Positions 22,116-32,071 of a DNA stretch of 64,000 bases are shown here, piece by piece. The stretch covers positions 1,568,001 through 1,632,000 of the forward strand of contig OZ244044.1 in NCBI GenBank assembly GCA_965215275.1. Reading direction: 5' to 3'. The stretch's first letter is position 1, and each line of letters starts with the position of its first letter. The DNA is from Thermodesulfobacteriota bacterium. GTDB lineage: Bacteria; Desulfobacterota_D; UBA1144; Nemesobacterales; JAJCZQ01. The notes under the pieces were generated by a model, which was not told the origin of the DNA, did not search any database, and saw only the letters and a program-made list of their open reading frames with translations. A program made the translations under genes and the position numbers.

Positions 22116-22359
22116 CTTTTTTAACTTCCTCAACCTTATCTGAATATTCTTTTAACATTTCCTTCTCCTTTTAGTTGGTTGTCTATATATATATTCTGAT
22201 CAATAAAAACCACCGGCAGTTATTGATGTTGCTAATACCACATCAGACCGTGAATAATCAGTCAACCTTTAAGCATCGTTACCTGTATAATTCCCAAACG
22301 GATGCTGCGAACTCTTTCGTTCCGTTGTTATCACTCTGGAAATCTAAAAAAGAGGGGCG

Positions 22360-22785
22360 TTACTGTATGGTCTCGGTGGAAAATTCAGAGCGTGGAATTG
22401 GCATTGGGGAAGAATGATGAAGAACGATGTTCCACTGTTCTTCTTTGCTCTCAAAAATATTGGTGGTTTGTGCCACCGTTATGATCATCCGATTTTTGAT
22501 TATATAGCTTATCTTTTCCGTACAGTTCAACCATGCCGAACCGTCATCATTAACGTCTATATAAACGTTTGATATCTCAATACTGGCAAATCCACCGGTG
22601 TCGAATATTGTCTGCCAGCTTTCACGAATTTGCTCCCATCCCCTTATTATGGGCCATCCCGGGTGAATACACTTTACATCGCTTGTTTTAGCCCACAGAT
22701 CTTCCATCATTGAAAGGTTCGCAGTGCGGATAGCCTCATAGAACCTTTTGTTGATCTTCTGTATTTTTTCTTTTACCTCGTTCAT
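22360..22785 (-). CDS. SnoaL-like/NTF2 family protein
   Basis: NKRFYEAI, CIHPGW..IRGWEQIRESW, TNIFE, HHSSP. Confidence 0.85.
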   Translation of the reverse strand: MNEVKEKIQKINKRFYEAIRTANLSMMEDLWAKTSDVKCIHPGWPIIRGWEQIRESWQTIFDTGGFASIEISNVYIDVNDDGSAWLNCTEKISYIIKNRMIITVAQTTNIFESKEEQWNIVLHHSSPMPIPRSEFSTETIQ

Positions 22786-22815
22786 GTCAGATAAACCACT
22801 TTGTTTTATTAACGG

Positions 22816-23943
22816 TCAGCTGGCCATCTCAAGAATGTTGTTCAGTTCTGTAACGACGCCTTCATCCTGTTCCGTTTCGATCATTGCTTTTAAAGATCCC
22901 AGGCACTCTCTTCCCTGTATTTTCCACAATGCCCATACTGCGTGCCTGCGTATAAGAGGGTCGTCATCTTTAATGAAATCCTGCAGTATATCAGTATACT
23001 TGGAATCCTGAGTGTTGCCAATGGCTACCAATGTGTTTCTTATCAGACCTTTTCTTTTCGTTCTTTTTACCGGACTGTTCCTGAAGATCTCAGAGAAGGT
23101 TTTCTGGTCCAGTCCGAGAAGGTATTCTAACTCTGGCTGATAAAGCTGTTTTCTTGGCAGGAACTGACCGTTTTTAGTGGCAGGTGCTTTAGCGTTCCAG
23201 GGACAAACGTCCTGACATATATCGCATCCGAATACGTTGTTTCCAACTGCTTCGCGATATTCGTATGATATTTCATTCTTATTTTCTATCGTAAGATAAG
23301 AAATGCAGCGCGAAGAATCAATAACATAAGGTTTTCTGATCGCGTCCGTCGGACATTCGTCAATGCACTTTGTGCAGGTACCGCACCTGTCAGGTACAGG
23401 GCTGTCGTATTCGAGTTCCATGCTTGTGATTATCTCTCCGAGAAAGAGCCAGGACCCCAGGTACTGATTGATAGTGCAGGTGTTCTTTCCGGTCCAGCCA
23501 ACGCCGGAGTATTTGCTGTACATCCTTTCAAGTACTGGTCCTGTGTCAACGTAAGTCAGATAATCGTTGTCCTCAGTATTTTTTTCTATAAAGTCCTTTA
23601 ATCTGTTGAGTTTGTCCTTCATGACCGCGTGGTAATCATCTCCCCATGCGTACCTTGATATCCATCCCTTTTCAGTGTTTTTTAATGAAGTTGAATAGGG
23701 ATTATCGGAGTTGTAGTTGATCGCACATGAAATTACCGATCTGGCATCTGGCATAATGTTTCTTACGTTTTCCCTTTTTTCCGGGTTTTTCGACATATAG
23801 GACATGGCTGCTTCAAATCCCCTGCTGAGCCATTTTTTGTAAAATTGACTTTCGGGGTAGTCGTCAACGGGGGCTACGCCTATCAGGTCAAAACCTATTC
23901 TGTGGCCTTCCTCTTTAATTCTGCCCGTTATCTCTTTTTGCAT
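22816..23943 (-). CDS. queG: Epoxyqueuosine reductase
   Basis: ISRYAWGDDYH, VDTGPVLER, CGTCTKCIDECPT, GCDICQDVCPWN. Confidence 0.95.
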   Translation of the reverse strand: MQKEITGRIKEEGHRIGFDLIGVAPVDDYPESQFYKKWLSRGFEAAMSYMSKNPEKRENVRNIMPDARSVISCAINYNSDNPYSTSLKNTEKGWISRYAWGDDYHAVMKDKLNRLKDFIEKNTEDNDYLTYVDTGPVLERMYSKYSGVGWTGKNTCTINQYLGSWLFLGEIITSMELEYDSPVPDRCGTCTKCIDECPTDAIRKPYVIDSSRCISYLTIENKNEISYEYREAVGNNVFGCDICQDVCPWNAKAPATKNGQFLPRKQLYQPELEYLLGLDQKTFSEIFRNSPVKRTKRKGLIRNTLVAIGNTQDSKYTDILQDFIKDDDPLIRRHAVWALWKIQGRECLGSLKAMIETEQDEGVVTELNNILEMAS

Positions 23944-24403
23944 GGATTATTAAGTTCCCGATCTCTCCAAAGGCTTTTGTACCGCTGAAATTGGAGACGT
24001 ATTGTGCTTCCATTTTTAGCTCAAGCGGAGCATTTATTGTTGTGGTTGAGAATCTGCAGTGTCTTATCAGATCCAGATCTTCCACTTCATTGCCCATAAC
24101 GACCATGTCCCTGAACGAGTAACTGCCTTTACAATAGGAAAGGATGTCTATTTTTCTGTTCCCGTTCAGCTTAATAAGCTCCATTCCAAAGGAAGTTCCC
24201 TTTCTGACCGATCTTTCAGAAGAGTTAAATCCTAAAACCTCTACTCCAATATCGTTTAGTGAAAGTATCAGGTCCTTGCTTTTCTTTTTCCGGACCTTAA
24301 GGTGGCCGGGATCGCCTGAACCGTCACTCAACGCTCCGACGTTAACAATAAAGAGTTTTGTGCTTTTTACCTTTTCTGAAATATCTTTTCTTAGTATCAG
24401 CAT
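23915..24403 (-). CDS. Degenerate KdsC-like HAD-fold protein
   Basis: Size and C-terminal MGNEVEDL...NAPLELKMEAQYVS resemble KdsC, but the DxD motif is absent. Confidence 0.45.
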   Translation of the reverse strand: MLILRKDISEKVKSTKLFIVNVGALSDGSGDPGHLKVRKKKSKDLILSLNDIGVEVLGFNSSERSVRKGTSFGMELIKLNGNRKIDILSYCKGSYSFRDMVVMGNEVEDLDLIRHCRFSTTTINAPLELKMEAQYVSNFSGTKAFGEIGNLIIHAKRDNGQN

Positions 24404-24524
24404 TGGCTTTAATTGATCTTTTTTACAGTTAAACTCATAAGTTACTTACCATGATTTTAAATTCAATTGATGATTTTGGTAAAAACGATTTAAGAAGGCA
24501 TATTATCATTTCAGGTGTTGTAAT

Positions 24525-25775
24525 ATGGCAGTAAAAAAAGATAACGTTGGAATAATAGTTGCAGGTGGTCCCGCTCCTGGGATCAACGGCGTTATAAGTG
24601 CGGCTACGATCGAAGCTCAGAACAGAGGAAAGAAAGTAATAGGGATACTGGATGGTTTTAAATGGATCGCAAAAGGCAAGATAACAAAGGCCATGGAACT
24701 GACAATAGACAACACTTCAAGGGTCCATACCCAGGGTGGGTCAATAATAGGTATTTCAAGAGAAAACCCGTTTTCCACTCCTGCCCGAACTGAAAGTACC
24801 ATTAACTCCTTAAAGAAACTGGGGATCAAGTATCTGCTTACCATTGGAGGTGACGGTACGATGTACCTGGCGGACAAGCTCGAGAGAGAGATGAAAGGGG
24901 CCGTACAAGTGGTCCATCTGCCAAAAACGATCGATAATAACCTTCCGCTTCACGTTAACGATTCCACTTTTGGTTATGAGACCGCCAAACATATCGGAAC
25001 TGAGATCGTCAGCTATGTTATGGAAGATGCCAGGACCACTCGCAGGTGGTTCCTTATCGTTACCATGGGCAGAAAGACCGGTCATCTGGCAATGGGGATC
25101 GGTAAATCGTCCGGGGCGACCCTGGTGCTGATCCCTGAAGAGTTCAAAGACGAAAAACTACCCGTGAGGAAAATAGTGAAGATCCTTGAAGGTTCTATAA
25201 TCAAAAGATTAAAAACGGGAAGAGACTATGGCGTTGCAATAGTTGCCGAAGGGATCGCCGGAAAGATAAACAGCGAGGATATTAAGGGAACAACGGCCGT
25301 GAGGTACGACCATCTTGGAAGAATAAGATTTTCTGACTTTCAGCTTGCACCTTTTTTAAAACGTGAACTTGAGGAAAGTTTGAAGAATAAAGGAATAGAT
25401 ATAACCATAGTGGAGAAAAGGATCGGTTACGAACTTCGTTCCGCACCTCCTATTCCGTTCGACCTCTGTTATACAAGGGATCTGGGTTATAGTGCGGTAA
25501 AATATCTGCTAAGCGGCGGGACCCGTTCGTTGATCTCGATCAAGAATGGAAAAATGATCCCGCTGGATTTTGATACCTTGAAGGATAAAAGAACGGGAGC
25601 AATGAAAATACGGTACGTTGACATAGAAACGGAGTCTTACGAGGTTGCACAGAGATATATGATCAAGTTAAAAAAAGATGATCTGAAAAATAAGGAAGCA
25701 GTGAAAAAAATGGCTTCGGTCACGAATATGACACAGAAGGCGTTCGTTGAATATTTTTCGGAGGTTGCCGAATGA
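24525..25775 (+). CDS. 6-phosphofructokinase (PfkA family, Pfp-like)
   Basis: GGPAPGIN, IGGDGT, PKTIDN, MGRKTG, IGYELR. Confidence 0.9.
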   Translation: MAVKKDNVGIIVAGGPAPGINGVISAATIEAQNRGKKVIGILDGFKWIAKGKITKAMELTIDNTSRVHTQGGSIIGISRENPFSTPARTESTINSLKKLGIKYLLTIGGDGTMYLADKLEREMKGAVQVVHLPKTIDNNLPLHVNDSTFGYETAKHIGTEIVSYVMEDARTTRRWFLIVTMGRKTGHLAMGIGKSSGATLVLIPEEFKDEKLPVRKIVKILEGSIIKRLKTGRDYGVAIVAEGIAGKINSEDIKGTTAVRYDHLGRIRFSDFQLAPFLKRELEESLKNKGIDITIVEKRIGYELRSAPPIPFDLCYTRDLGYSAVKYLLSGGTRSLISIKNGKMIPLDFDTLKDKRTGAMKIRYVDIETESYEVAQRYMIKLKKDDLKNKEAVKKMASVTNMTQKAFVEYFSEVAE

Positions 25776-25993
25776 TGGCAGGACCATCGGATCTTGGCGA
25801 TCTTGACGATAACGTCGTTTTAAGTTTAAAAAGGTATGGAAAGAAGATAAAAGGGTACGAGTTAGTTCAGATGCTTAAAGCGGATTTTGCCTGTTCAGAA
25901 CTTGAAATAAAGCAGTCACTTGTGAGGCTTATCGGTTCCAGGACAGTCAGAAAGACGGGCTCAGGAGAGTATCTGCTCGTGGATCATCAGTAG
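25772..25993 (+). CDS. Small hypothetical protein, possible winged helix
   Basis: 73 aa with ATGA overlap to the upstream gene. Confidence 0.5.
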   Translation: MMAGPSDLGDLDDNVVLSLKRYGKKIKGYELVQMLKADFACSELEIKQSLVRLIGSRTVRKTGSGEYLLVDHQ

Positions 25994-26089
25994 GCGGTCG
26001 GTCACCTGTTCAATTTGCCGGACCGCTTCTATTAAGTTAATATAGCAGTTAAGATCATGAGTTGTTTGTTGTTTTGATATGGAGATCTT

Positions 26090-27256
26090 ATGGATATAAA
26101 ATGGGCAAAAAGGATAGAGGAGTTACCACCTTATCTGTTTGCAGAAATAGATAAAAAGAAAAATATTCTGATCGAAAGAGGGGTTGACGTTATCGACCTT
26201 GGCGTGGGTGATCCTGATATTCCCACCCCGGGACACATTATCGACGCTTTAAGTTCAGCTGCAAAAGACCCTGCCAATCACGTTTATCCTTCTTACATAG
26301 GTATGATGGCTTTTCGTGAAGCGGTCTCCGATTGGTATAAAAAGAGATTTAACGTGGACGTTGATCCCGCCAGTGAGGTTGTTACGCTGATAGGTTCCAA
26401 GGAAGGTATAGCTCATGCTCCGCTGGCTTTTCTCGACCCGGGCGATATTGCACTGGTACCTGATCCGGGTTACCCGGTTTATCCGGTAGCAACGACTTTT
26501 GCAGGGGGCATACCTTATAACATGCCGCTGCTTAAGGAAAACGGTTTTCTTCCGGACCTTGATGCGGTTCCCCAGAAAATAGCCGATAAGGCAAGGATCA
26601 TGTTTTTAAACTACCCGAACAACCCTACGACCGCCGTCGTTGACAAGGGATTTTTAAAAGACGTGATAGGGTTTGCTTCAAAAAACAATATTCTGGTCTT
26701 TCATGACGCGGCATACACGGAAATTGCGTTCGATGGTTACGTACCTCCCAGTTTTCTGGAAGTGGAGGGTGCTATGGACGTCTGTCTGGAATTTCACTCG
26801 CTTTCAAAAACGTTCAGTATGACGGGTTGGAGGATTGCCTTTGCAGTTGGTAACGGAAAAGCCGTTTCCGGGCTCGGTAAGATAAAGACCAATATTGACT
26901 CGGGCGTGTTTCAGGCGGTTCAGGTCGCAGGGATAGAGGCATTGAAAAATTACGAACTGGGTCTTGAGGATAGAAAGAGGGTCTATCAGGAAAGGATCGA
27001 TCTTTTCTGTAACGGCCTGCGTGATGCCGGTCTGCGTTACGACAAGCCGAAGGCAACGTTTTACGTGTGGTTTGAGGTCCCTGACGGTTTTACTTCATCC
27101 GAGTTTGCTTCGAAACTGCTTGAAGACGCCGGTATCGTTGTTACGCCGGGAAATGGATTTGGCGGATCGGGTGAAGGTTATGCAAGGGTTTCGGTAACTT
27201 TTGATACCGAAAGGATAGCCAAGGCAGTGGACAGGATCAGAGAGTTTAAATTCTGA
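26090..27256 (+). CDS. dapL: LL-diaminopimelate aminotransferase
   Basis: LPPYLFAEID, LIGSKEGIAH, NYPNNPT, SLSKTFSMTGWR, KTNIDSG. Confidence 0.85.
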   Translation: MDIKWAKRIEELPPYLFAEIDKKKNILIERGVDVIDLGVGDPDIPTPGHIIDALSSAAKDPANHVYPSYIGMMAFREAVSDWYKKRFNVDVDPASEVVTLIGSKEGIAHAPLAFLDPGDIALVPDPGYPVYPVATTFAGGIPYNMPLLKENGFLPDLDAVPQKIADKARIMFLNYPNNPTTAVVDKGFLKDVIGFASKNNILVFHDAAYTEIAFDGYVPPSFLEVEGAMDVCLEFHSLSKTFSMTGWRIAFAVGNGKAVSGLGKIKTNIDSGVFQAVQVAGIEALKNYELGLEDRKRVYQERIDLFCNGLRDAGLRYDKPKATFYVWFEVPDGFTSSEFASKLLEDAGIVVTPGNGFGGSGEGYARVSVTFDTERIAKAVDRIREFKF

Positions 27257-27278
27257 TAGTTCACCTGAGTTCTTACAA

Positions 27279-28763
27279 TTGGAAATTCTGCTTCTTTTTA
27301 CCAAAATAACCTTAACTGCCATATATACGGCTTCCCTTTTATTTTTATGCGTTTTTGGACTGCACAGGCTCTATCTGTCCGTTTTGTATAAAAGATACAG
27401 CAGCCGGGATACAGGACCTTTATCCAAGGTCATCAGCCGTCCAAGGGTCACCGTGCAGCTTCCGGTTTATAATGAGATGTACGTTGTTGAAAGACTTATA
27501 GATGCCGTTTGCAAGATCCGTTATCCAAAGGCCCTGCTTCAGATCCAGGTCCTTGATGATTCCACTGATGAAACGACCAGTATAGTTGAAAGGTCCGTGA
27601 GTAAATACAAACGTCTGGGTTTTGATATTGAGTGTATAAAAAGAGATAATCGTCAAGGTTACAAGGCAGGTGCACTGAACGAAGGTTTAAAAAGTGCCAC
27701 GGGAGAGATCATCGCTGTCTTTGATGCCGATTTTGTACCTCCTGAGGATTTTTTGAAAGACACGATAGACTGCTTTTCAGATCCTGAGGTCGGAATAGTT
27801 CAGACAAGGTGGGGTCATCTGAACCCGAACTATTCGATTTTAACAAAGGCCCAGGAAGTCCTTTTAAATGGGCATTTTATAATTGAGCAGACTGCAAGGT
27901 TTAAGCACGGGGTGTTCGGTAATTTTAACGGCACTGCCGGACTGCTGAGAAAAAGCTGTATCCAGTCTTCGGGAGGCTGGCAGCACGACACGCTGACCGA
28001 GGACCTTGATCTTAGCTACAGGGCACAGATGCAGGGCTGGAAGTTCGTTTACCTGAAGGACGTGGTTTCTGATGCTGAACTTCCGGTTGACGTGAACGCT
28101 TTTAAATCGCAGCAGCATAGATGGGCTAAGGGCGGAATTCAGACCGCCAAGAAACTCCTTCCTGAAATACTGAGGTCCAAAAAGCTCTCCGTTAAAATAA
28201 AGGCAGAAGCCGTTTTTCACCTGCTGGGTAATATGTCGTACCTGTTTCTGCTTACCCTTTTGACGTTCATGCTGCCTATGAGCTATCTCTGGGGGTCCAT
28301 TGGGTGGTATGAAATGATAGTTATTAACGTTGTAACGGTATCCACGGGGACAGGTGGTGTTTTCTATTTTTATTATTTAACGATAAAGGAAACGTATGGG
28401 GATAAATGGAAAAAATATATTAAATATATCCCTGTGGCAGTGTCGCTTGGCGCCGGACTTGCGGTCAATAATTCAAAAGCCGTTCTTGAAGCGTTAAGAG
28501 GTAAACGGTCCGAGTTTAAAAGAACTCCCAAGTACGCCGTCAATAACAAGCGTGACGTCTGGATGAACAGGGATTACGTCAGTTCAAATGACGTTACTGC
28601 GTTTTTTGAACTGATGATAGGTTTTTTAATTTTGTTTCAGACATGCTATGCCTTCTACGTGAGCAGTATATTATGGGTGCTGTTCTTTTTAATGATCCAG
28701 TTCGGCTTTATATATATAGCCCTGTATTCGTTTATTCACAGCTGGATGCGAAAAAGGACTTAA
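27279..28763 (+). CDS. Processive GT2 membrane glycosyltransferase (cellulose synthase-like)
   Basis: QLPVYNE, DDSTD, KAGAL, DADF, TEDLD, QQHRW; TM helices. Confidence 0.9.
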   Translation: MEILLLFTKITLTAIYTASLLFLCVFGLHRLYLSVLYKRYSSRDTGPLSKVISRPRVTVQLPVYNEMYVVERLIDAVCKIRYPKALLQIQVLDDSTDETTSIVERSVSKYKRLGFDIECIKRDNRQGYKAGALNEGLKSATGEIIAVFDADFVPPEDFLKDTIDCFSDPEVGIVQTRWGHLNPNYSILTKAQEVLLNGHFIIEQTARFKHGVFGNFNGTAGLLRKSCIQSSGGWQHDTLTEDLDLSYRAQMQGWKFVYLKDVVSDAELPVDVNAFKSQQHRWAKGGIQTAKKLLPEILRSKKLSVKIKAEAVFHLLGNMSYLFLLTLLTFMLPMSYLWGSIGWYEMIVINVVTVSTGTGGVFYFYYLTIKETYGDKWKKYIKYIPVAVSLGAGLAVNNSKAVLEALRGKRSEFKRTPKYAVNNKRDVWMNRDYVSSNDVTAFFELMIGFLILFQTCYAFYVSSILWVLFFLMIQFGFIYIALYSFIHSWMRKRT

Positions 28764-28837
28764 AGGTTACGAAAGTTTTTTTGTAAATTTATTTTTGAGT
28801 ATTTCTGAATTAATATCACACTTTGTACCATTGATCA

Positions 28838-28922
28838 GCCGAAGTGGCGGAACTGGTAGACGCGCAGGATTCAGAATCCTGTTCTCGCTTAGAGAGTGGG
28901 GGTTCAACTCCCCCCTTCGGCA
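28838..28922 (+). tRNA. tRNA-Leu(CAG)
   Basis: GCCGAAG/CTTCGGC acceptor stem, anticodon arm CAGGA-TTCAGAA-TCCTG, long variable arm, GGTTCAACTC T loop; CCA not encoded. Confidence 0.96.
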
Positions 28923-29015
28923 TTCAGTTGTATATGCCCGGTAATCTGCTGATGAGATTGGGTCATTTTTTAGTTATTATATTCAGTATCTTGAGTTAAC
29001 AGGAGAGCGAATCTT

Positions 29016-29999
29016 ATGAAAGCTATAATCTATCATGAGCCTGGGGATGTGGAAGTGCTTAGGTACGAAGACACTGATGTTCCGGAAGTTGATAATTACG
29101 AGGTCCTTGTAAAGGTCAGGGCATCGTCAATTAACTCTCTTGATCTGAGGTTGAGGTCGGGAAAATCTCCCCGTCCCGTTGATCTGCCCCACGTTGGAGG
29201 TATTGATATTTCCGGAGATATCGAGAGCACCGGAAGCGATGTATCAAGTGTAAAGCAAGGGGATAGGGTTGTTGTCGATCCCACGGTAAGACTGGAAAAA
29301 GGTTTCAAAGTTATCGGAGTTAATCTCTGGGGTGGCTTTGCCGATTACGTTAAAGTGCCTGAGACGAACGTTGTAAAGATCCCTGATGAACTGTCATATG
29401 ACCATGCTTCGGCCCTTCCCGTGTGTTACGTGACCGCTGTATACGGGCTTGTAAGCAGGGGAGGATTAAAAGCTGGGGAAACTATCGTCGTTCATGCGGC
29501 AGGAAGCGGTACTGGCAGTGCTGCCGTGCAGATCGCAAAGCATCTGGGAGCCAGAGTGATAGCAACGGCCGGAAGTGATGAAAAGCTCGAAAAAGCAAAA
29601 CAGATCGGTGCTGATGAAACGGTCAACTATAACACCTCCGATTTTGCAGAGGTGATAAAGGGCGGGGTGGACGTTATATTTGATCAGGTCGGTGCGAGTT
29701 TCTGGGACGGGAATCTTAAAATACTCAACTCCAGGGGAAGACTTCTGCTCGTTGGAGTGGTTGGCGGTGGAATGGTAGAAAAAGTAAATATCGGACCAAT
29801 GATAATGAAGGACATATCGGTGCTTGGAGTTACGATGTTCAATGCCCCGCAAACTGTTTTAGAGGAAGTGGTCGGACTTGCCGCTGAAGGAAAGGTCCAA
29901 CCGGTTATCGATAAAACTTTTCCTCTGTCCCAGGCATCTGAAGCTCAAAAGATGCTTCAGGACCGGCAACAGTTTGGCAAGGTCATCTTAAATCCTTAG
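29016..29999 (+). CDS. MDR-family NAD(P)H:quinone oxidoreductase
   Basis: VHAAGSGTGSAAVQIAK, FGKVIL. Confidence 0.88.
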   Translation: MKAIIYHEPGDVEVLRYEDTDVPEVDNYEVLVKVRASSINSLDLRLRSGKSPRPVDLPHVGGIDISGDIESTGSDVSSVKQGDRVVVDPTVRLEKGFKVIGVNLWGGFADYVKVPETNVVKIPDELSYDHASALPVCYVTAVYGLVSRGGLKAGETIVVHAAGSGTGSAAVQIAKHLGARVIATAGSDEKLEKAKQIGADETVNYNTSDFAEVIKGGVDVIFDQVGASFWDGNLKILNSRGRLLLVGVVGGGMVEKVNIGPMIMKDISVLGVTMFNAPQTVLEEVVGLAAEGKVQPVIDKTFPLSQASEAQKMLQDRQQFGKVILNP

Positions 30000-30061
30000 A
30001 CCGGCGCAGTATACAGTTTTTACCTTCCGGTAACCATTTATAAAATTTTTCAAAAATTTTC

Positions 30062-30111
30062 TTGACAACAGGATCTGAATTGCTGATATTGTAAGTGACT
30101 GACTGGTCAGT
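30062..30111 (+). promoter_or_regulatory. Promoter plus palindromic TetR-type operator
   Basis: TTGACA at 30062; ACTGAC-TG-GTCAGT palindrome at 30098-30111 just upstream of tetR. Confidence 0.6.
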
Positions 30112-30130
30112 TTTATTCAGGTGAGGGTAA

Positions 30131-30748
30131 ATGTCCAAAGCAGCAAGGTTGAAAAGCAGTTCGCGAAGAGGCAGTGGATCTTCGGTCAGACTGAGTAAAA
30201 AGAACAATATAATAAAAGCCGCCACCAGGCTGTTTTCTGATAGAAGTTTTCATGACGTTACAATGGACGAAATAGCAGAGCGTGCCAAGGTATCAAAAGG
30301 TGCGCTTTACCTGTACTTCTCTTCAAAGGACAATTTATACCTTGAGATCCTTGAGCATACTTTTGATTCTATCGAGTCGATCTTAGAAAGAGAGGTTGCA
30401 AAAAGTGATTCCGCACCGGAAAAGCTGAAAAAACTTCTTTACATAATAATCAAATTTTACAGAGACAACATTGACATTTTAAGGATTCTCAGCAGAGATG
30501 AAACGCATCTTATACGCGAGCATCAGGAGTTAACGGAAAAGTGGAGATCAAGACGGCTTAGCTTATACGAGAAGATAATCAAAAAAGGTGTTGCGGAGGG
30601 GTCGTTCAAGACCAGGAACACCGAGCTTGCTGCTTTAATACTGTATGGGTCGATTGGTGTGGTTATGGTTTTTTATGATCTGGGAAAAAGTCCGGAAGTG
30701 GTTGCCGAGGAACTCTATTCAGAAATTGCCTCAGGACTTTTTCATTAA
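30131..30748 (+). CDS. TetR/AcrR family regulator
   Basis: TMDEIAERAKVSKGALYLYFSSK HTH. Confidence 0.93.
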   Translation: MSKAARLKSSSRRGSGSSVRLSKKNNIIKAATRLFSDRSFHDVTMDEIAERAKVSKGALYLYFSSKDNLYLEILEHTFDSIESILEREVAKSDSAPEKLKKLLYIIIKFYRDNIDILRILSRDETHLIREHQELTEKWRSRRLSLYEKIIKKGVAEGSFKTRNTELAALILYGSIGVVMVFYDLGKSPEVVAEELYSEIASGLFH

Positions 30749-30828
30749 GGACGTGCAGATATATTAATTATTGTTCTGAAAATAATGAGTTTTAGCTAAT
30801 AAATTAATGTTTTAGGAGGTTAAGTTAG

Positions 30829-32004
30829 ATGGTTAATTATCCATTTAGTTCAAGAATTGGACATTTTGTTCCACCAAAGCAGTGGGCAAGCATGAGGGTC
30901 GCCAGGGACCTTGAGAAGCGAACCGGGAAAAAGATAATCCACTTTGAAAAAGGTGATTATCAGGGACCTGATTTTGACACTCCGGCACACGTGCTTGAAG
31001 CTACCGAAACGGCTTTGAGAGATGGCTATGTCAGATATGACCCAGGCCCGGGTTTACCGGAACTTAGAGAAGCCATTGCATCGCTTATGGCAGAAAGGGG
31101 AAGACCTACAAAGCCCGAAGAGGTGATCGTTACGGCGGGGGCCAAACACTCCCTTACGATGAACCTTTTAACTTTCCTTGAGGACGGGGACGAGGTTATC
31201 TTTCCCAATCCCGGTTATCCGCCTGACGAAGTCTGGGCAAAGTACACCAAAGCGGTAATTAAACACACGCCTTTGACAAAGCCCGACTGGCAGTTTGATG
31301 TGGCAAAACTTGAGGAGCAGATCACTCCCAAGACCAAACTTGTAATTATCAACACACCTCAAAGACCAAATGGTCACCTGGTGGAAAATCCCCAGGAGAT
31401 AGCGGATATGCTTCAAAGGCATCCACAGGTTATGATAATCTCCGATGAAATATTTTCACAGGTCACTTTTGATAAGCCGCATAGATCAATATCCGCAATT
31501 GAGGATATAAGGGACAGGGTGATCGTGATAGATACTTTCTCAAAGACCTGGGCAATGACAGGATGGCGTATTGGCTGGACCGTTGCACCCAAACCGGTCG
31601 TTGATAAGCTCTCAATATTTCTTCAGGATTCAATAACCAACGTGGCTGCGTTTATTCAAAAGGCCGCAACAGCAGCGATTACAGGCTCTCAGGACTGGGT
31701 CGATAACAAGCTCGGGTTATTGCAGAACAAAAGGGACCGTATGGTAAATGGTCTGAACGGTATTGACGGTATAGAGTGTGACTTGCCTGATGGTGCATTT
31801 TATGCTTTTGCCGATATTACGGGAACCGGGCTGACCTCACAGGAATTTACTGACCGGCTTGTTGAGAAAGCAGGAGTTGCAGTTGTTGCAGGAACTGCTT
31901 TTGGCAGCGAGGGTGAGGGATATGTAAGAATAACCTATGCCTGTTCTGATGAGGATATTGATGAAGGTGTGGAAAGGATAACAAATACCGATCTTAACGA
32001 CTGA
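30829..32004 (+). CDS. PLP-dependent aminotransferase class I/II
   Basis: GLPELREAIA, SDEIF, FSKTWAMTGWRIG. Confidence 0.9.
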   Translation: MVNYPFSSRIGHFVPPKQWASMRVARDLEKRTGKKIIHFEKGDYQGPDFDTPAHVLEATETALRDGYVRYDPGPGLPELREAIASLMAERGRPTKPEEVIVTAGAKHSLTMNLLTFLEDGDEVIFPNPGYPPDEVWAKYTKAVIKHTPLTKPDWQFDVAKLEEQITPKTKLVIINTPQRPNGHLVENPQEIADMLQRHPQVMIISDEIFSQVTFDKPHRSISAIEDIRDRVIVIDTFSKTWAMTGWRIGWTVAPKPVVDKLSIFLQDSITNVAAFIQKAATAAITGSQDWVDNKLGLLQNKRDRMVNGLNGIDGIECDLPDGAFYAFADITGTGLTSQEFTDRLVEKAGVAVVAGTAFGSEGEGYVRITYACSDEDIDEGVERITNTDLND

Positions 32005-32071
32005 TCTGTTCTTTCAGAGTACAGAGACGTTGCACCATTCTTTTTATCATTATATTTAACTCTTGAATAGC

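Noticed and set aside
22286..22295. Isolated TATAATTCCC motifs at 22286 and 46708 as element ends
   Set aside because: Only the 10-bp tip matches, with no inner ACA block, partner or TSD; they may simply be -10 boxes.
28838..28922. tRNA-Leu as a prophage or island attachment site
   Set aside because: No integrase nearby and no duplicated tRNA 3' end noticed in the window.
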